NCBI RefSeq assembly: GCF_964355755.1
Contig: NC_092673.1
Location: 3,348,001-3,412,000 of the forward strand
Length of the DNA stretch: 64,000 nt
Direction: 5' to 3'
DNA from: Antedon mediterranea
Taxonomy: Eukaryota > Animalia > Echinodermata
Shown: in pieces, positions 60,601 to 64,000 of the stretch
Layout: every line of letters begins with the position of its first letter
How positions within the stretch are numbered: position 1 is the first letter of the stretch
Position numbers and translations under genes: made by a program
The notes under the pieces: generated by a model
Databases searched by the model: none
What the model saw: only the letters and a program-made list of their open reading frames with translations
What the model was told of the DNA's origin: nothing

Positions 60601-61161
60601 TGAAATGATGATATATAGATCGAATTTTGTGAAAAAAAAGGAAGACATACATACATTTGAAAAGACCAATTACCAGTAAGAAGAGAAGAGAAATGAATTA
60701 AAAAACATGGTATGTAAATAATAACAAGATGGAGAATTTAAAGTATTTTAGTAAAATGAAGAGATTAAAACAGTGGATTATCATAGATTAGGGAAAGTTC
60801 TAAATGGGATAGATAAATCGAACGAAAATTCTAGAATAACATAATAATTTCATATTGTCATATTCATTTACATTTGAACAAACTTCTCTTCTACTTAATG
60901 TTATAATGTCGCTCCAGGGATGGACAATTCCATTATTTTGTCCAGGGGTGTTCCTCTAGAGAAAAAAAAATCCAGGTAAACTTTAAAAGAAAAGAGAACT
61001 CACCGAGATATGGTTGTATATAAGTTGAGTCCATCCATGCAAGTCTAGTAGTCGGTACAGAGATGCTAATTTACAACGCATTAGCTTCTCTCCTTTTGTG
61101 TAGTTTTGGGAATCTACGCCACGGATGTCCGCTACTGGGGTCACATGGTGAGTATATGAAC
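33675..61161 (-). CDS. ADD1: Adducin (hts/ADD-like), 5'-incomplete; exons 61161-61004, 55879-55649, 52373-52230, 47088-46990, 45550-45383, 44099-43830, 42739-42629, 42302-42216, 39667-39496, 38844-38761, 33931-33675
   Basis: [110 protein letters not shown], and the MARCKS-like [12 protein letters not shown] tail; phases are consistent. Probably the single invertebrate adducin. Confidence 0.95.
37155..37460. repeat. 67-bp tandem repeat, about 4.5 copies (adducin intron)
   Basis: TAGCTGGTCAGAAAGCCTAGCTTATACTGGTTAAAGTC units at 37251, 37318 and 37385. Confidence 0.9.
37815..37943. mobile_element. MITE family A
   Basis: TIRs with a TAA/TAA duplication. Confidence 0.85.
38539..38672. mobile_element. 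MITE family A
   Basis: TIRs with a TAA/TAA duplication. Confidence 0.85.
42795..43085 (-). mobile_element. tRNA-derived SINE with a Deu/Nin-like central domain
   Basis: A box TGGCCGAGCGG, B box GGTTCGAGGC, then GGATAAGGACTATAAACCGTAGGTCC..TTAAAGAACC..GAGTAGGGGGTTACCCCGGTGT, which resembles the remembered Deu/Nin domain. Confidence 0.8.
43139..43296. mobile_element. MITE family A
   Basis: TIRs with a TTA/TTA duplication. Confidence 0.85.
43651..43798. mobile_element. MITE family A
   Basis: TIRs with a TAA/TAA duplication. Confidence 0.85.
44877..44965. mobile_element. 89-bp Harbinger-like MITE
   Basis: Perfect 17-bp TIR AGGCCAATTTACACAGA; TAA/TAA flanks. Confidence 0.75.
45068..45340 (+). 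mobile_element. Diverged copy of the tRNA-derived SINE
   Basis: Alignable with the reverse complement of 42795-43085. Confidence 0.8.
46706..46850. mobile_element. MITE family A
   Basis: Family A TIRs and internal repeats. Confidence 0.85.
47884..48020 (+). mobile_element. Partial copy of the tRNA-derived SINE
   Basis: B box through GCACTTTAAAGAACC matches the other copies. Confidence 0.8.
49389..50981. mobile_element. Family-B-like MITE split by a nested insertion
   Basis: Left end AGCTGGGTTCCCACTAG and right end TAGTGGGAACCAAGC. Confidence 0.75.
49506..50953. mobile_element. Non-autonomous hAT-like element with a 6-bp target duplication
   Basis: Termini CAAGGGTCCCAAGT / AGTTGGGACCTCTG flanked by TAGTTG on both sides; subterminal CTACCGC repeats. 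Confidence 0.75.
51755..51995. repeat. Tandem repeat of about 24-27 bp (GTGCGACGCCCATCCAACTTGTCT), about 9 copies
   Basis: Seen directly; explains the repetitive ORFs at 51687-52074. Confidence 0.9.
52623..53694. mobile_element. Non-autonomous Harbinger-like DNA transposon
   Basis: About 40-bp perfect TIR GGCCCTGTTCAGACCCATGGCGTTAGACCGTTTTAGCGTAC; TAA/TAA duplication. Confidence 0.9.
53741..54335. mobile_element. Kolobok-like non-autonomous element
   Basis: TTAA on both sides; imperfect TIR AGCTCAGGTACAGGCA / TGCCCGCACCTGGCCT. Confidence 0.6.
54574..55212. mobile_element. Non-autonomous DNA transposon, superfamily uncertain
   Basis: TIR AGACCCCATTTA / TAAATGGGGTCT, GGCCGGCCC subterminal repeats, ATGTT on both flanks. 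Confidence 0.7.
55459..55625. mobile_element. MITE family A
   Basis: Right TIR intact, 23 bp from an adducin donor site. Confidence 0.8.
57711..58569. mobile_element. Non-autonomous Harbinger-like element
   Basis: TIR GGGCCTGTTTCTAT / ATAGAAACAGGCCC; AACCGGTT subterminal motifs. Confidence 0.75.
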
Positions 61162-61857
61162 CTAAAAATAAAGAAAATCAGGATTTTATTTTTAAGCCCA
61201 AATAACAACAAAAATCGTCTAAATAGATTTTAAAATTTAATAAAAAGATGCAACATTTATAATAATTTTACTAAAATTTGTTTTAAATTTAATATTAATT
61301 TTTTCTTTTATTGAATAGAGCCAAATAAAAAAAGGACCAATTATGATTTCTTCCGAACAAATCTGAAAAACTACCAGTATTATATATACATGTAATTATA
61401 ATTATACGTTGTTTTTTATCAAACTAAATATATTAATGTTATTATTATAAGAAAATAATAATGTTTAAAACGTGTAAAGCGAAAGCTGACAGCCAAACGA
61501 TGATCTCTAAATCCAGTATTAAATAACATTATAATAATAAACAAAGTAGGCACCTTTTACTAATTTGTATACAATATACCAAATCATAACAAACAACATT
61601 GAGTAATACAAAATAAAAACATGGATTCGTCAATAAAGAACAGGTTGGGAGCTGCACATAAACATTGTAATGAACACTTTATCTGTCACCACCTATGGTG
61701 TTCTTTGAAATGATACCTTCTTCAAAGGTGACATCACATTCAACATGGTTGGAATCATATTTACAACATTCTACTCAATCAGCCACATGGAACAAAATGT
61801 CGGTCTTCTTAACATGGGTGTAGTCTGACAGAGATGGGTTGGGTCACCCTACTGTAA

Positions 61858-62050
61858 AGCTCTGTCTACACTATCAAACTTTATGCGACAAAAAAATGTG
61901 ATGTGCCCATATATATGAACATGATGATGTCATATCACTACCATATTTAGGCATATCACTACCATATTTGGACATATCACTACCATATTTGAGCACATCA
62001 CACTTTTTAAAAATCAAACTAGTTTGATAGTGGATAGTGTAAACAGAGCT
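61858..62050. mobile_element. MITE family A (further partial copies near 41141, 42397, 56595, 58672, 62589 and 63410)
   Basis: Family A TIRs and internal repeats. Confidence 0.85.
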
Positions 62051-64000
62051 TTAGACGATGGAGGGAATGATTAGATCCTTCCATGTGAAGAGCGAGTCTC
62101 TGGAGTTAAAGTATAAACAGTTTTATTAATATTTTTAATTAAGACGAACACAGGCCAGTAAAAGTCGGTCATTTTCTTTGACTTATAAAGCACACAATAC
62201 ACAGTTGATGGATTTGGTGCATTCCTAATATCATACCTTCCTTTGATTGCTTCCAGCCTATGCACATAATCAAATTTAACCAATTGAAATAACAATCTAG
62301 AACTAAGAACTGCCTATGACAACTTCTGTAGCTTCTTATATTACGCATCTATTAAACACATTATTTTGCATGAATACACGCCAAGACATTCCAAATGGAT
62401 ATACAGTAGTTTGTAGTACATGTGTCATAGGACCGCTAACGACACTATGAATTCATTTCAGAAGGATGGCAAAACAAATGTTTTTAGAACTTGTTTATTG
62501 TTGAAATGCATCCTTTCCACTACCAATAAAATAAGACGTCCAAACATCTTGCGATTTGAACTTTTAAAAATGTATCGCACATCTGTTAAGCTCTGTCTAC
62601 ACTATCAAACATTATGTGACGAAAAAATGTGATATGCCTAAAATATGGACATGATGATGTCATTACTACCATTTTTGGCTATTTGGGAACATCACACTTT
62701 TTTGTCAAACTAGTTTTATATTGAAGACATGCTGGTAAACACACCTGATTTGTGTTTTTAACCATTATTTTGAGAATATAATTTAACTGGTGGTATTCAA
62801 ACATTTATATTGTCAAGAAAAAAGAAATTATTCACAGTAAAAACAGGCCCTATACGATCACAACAAACTGCCAGATCTTGTTTACTTTGATTACTGAAGG
62901 TTGTATTGGACAAGGTGGATAAATACAATAATATCACAGATCATCAGGGATAAATCAGATAATCCAATATGATATATCCAAAGTCATGCTGTCGTAAGGA
63001 TTGATACCTTAATCTGACAATAACAAGTAAAGCTATTAACACTATAACTAAAGTTTGTGAAATCTTTCGACAATAAAGGTTATAGGTAGAAAAGTAGACA
63101 AGGCCATTAACTTTCCATAAAGAATGTGGTTGAGTAATGGTGTTATTTTATTTATGATATGTTTACATCTATGAACTACAAAACAACTTTGTGCTGTTTA
63201 CCAAAAATACATTAATATATTAATTACACAGAAAAAATCCTTGAATTTGATTCGGATACAGTTCTATGCTTTAGCAAGAATGAAGGATGTTGGGAAAGGA
63301 AAGAGGGCCAAATGGGAAGCTTCCTAAAGAAAAAAAAGAGCCAACCTCCTTCCTCCTCCACTAAAATAATGGCCAAGATCTACCTAGTTCAGTGGCAGTA
63401 TGGACATAAAGCTCTGTCTACACTATCAAACTAGTTTGACAAAAAGAGTGTGATGTGCCCAAATATGGTAGTGATATGCCCAAATATGGTAGTGATATGA
63501 CATCATCATGTCCATATATGGGCACATCAAAATTTTTTTCACATAAAGTTTGATAGTGTAGAGTTTTAAAGAGAGATGTGTAGCAAGTTGTTCCAAGATG
63601 AATTGATCTAGTATCAATATGGTCGTGTGTTTATCATTACACTGCAATATGGTATATTGTGTGGGTACAATTACTATATATCCAACCTGTGTATGATATA
63701 CCTATGTAAGCTGCCTGTGATGAATTACATTATTCATTCAATAGCAGCCTGGGTGCTGATGAATATTAATTATTATACAAATATTTATTTAGTTTCATTG
63801 AAGCTGCATATCTATTTACTATGATGATGTTTTACTGGACTTTGTTCTTATTTACACTGGGCTCTACAATGTTGTTTGCAGTATTTTACATTTAAATGGC
63901 TTGCCTACTTTGAATTTAAACGGCCAAGCTTGTGTCTCACATCATCCTGCAGTTCTAATTGCATACAATTTTTTAGTGGTTCAAAAAAACAAAAAAAACA

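Overview
AT-rich, intron-containing animal genomic DNA, probably from an invertebrate deuterostome or echinoderm (inferred from TAGGCCTA enrichment and Deu/Nin-type SINEs; not proven). There are three blocks. (1) 0.3-22.3 kb: a tandem array of eight small spliced genes or pseudogenes, each built around the C-terminal 3CxxC zinc-binding domain of ZCCHC24 (LTPYQG..FGE..CxxC...W...SWA..GQ.CxxC...YP.KQ | .PL.KPDGLD....H....C.KC..LG..C) without the zinc knuckle. The copies have diverged tails (none, acidic ending in an NES-like helix, acidic with a hydrophobic anchor, or extra half-fingers), and six of eight carry an NF-kB-like GGAAAATCCC element in the same orientation upstream. The array is interrupted by a decayed L1/Tx1-type retrotransposon flanked by a 288-bp direct repeat that duplicates exon 1 of copy 3. 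(2) 22.6-27.9 kb: a 9-exon Abraxas (FAM175) gene ending in SPTF, head-to-head with copy 8. It has structured introns and a 22 x 55-bp minisatellite that repeats its exon-8 splice donor. (3) 33.7-61.2 kb: an adducin gene on the minus strand (5' end probably beyond the window), with introns full of Harbinger-, hAT- and Kolobok-like MITEs and tRNA-derived SINEs. All gene models were spliced by eye; no database search or expression data were used.
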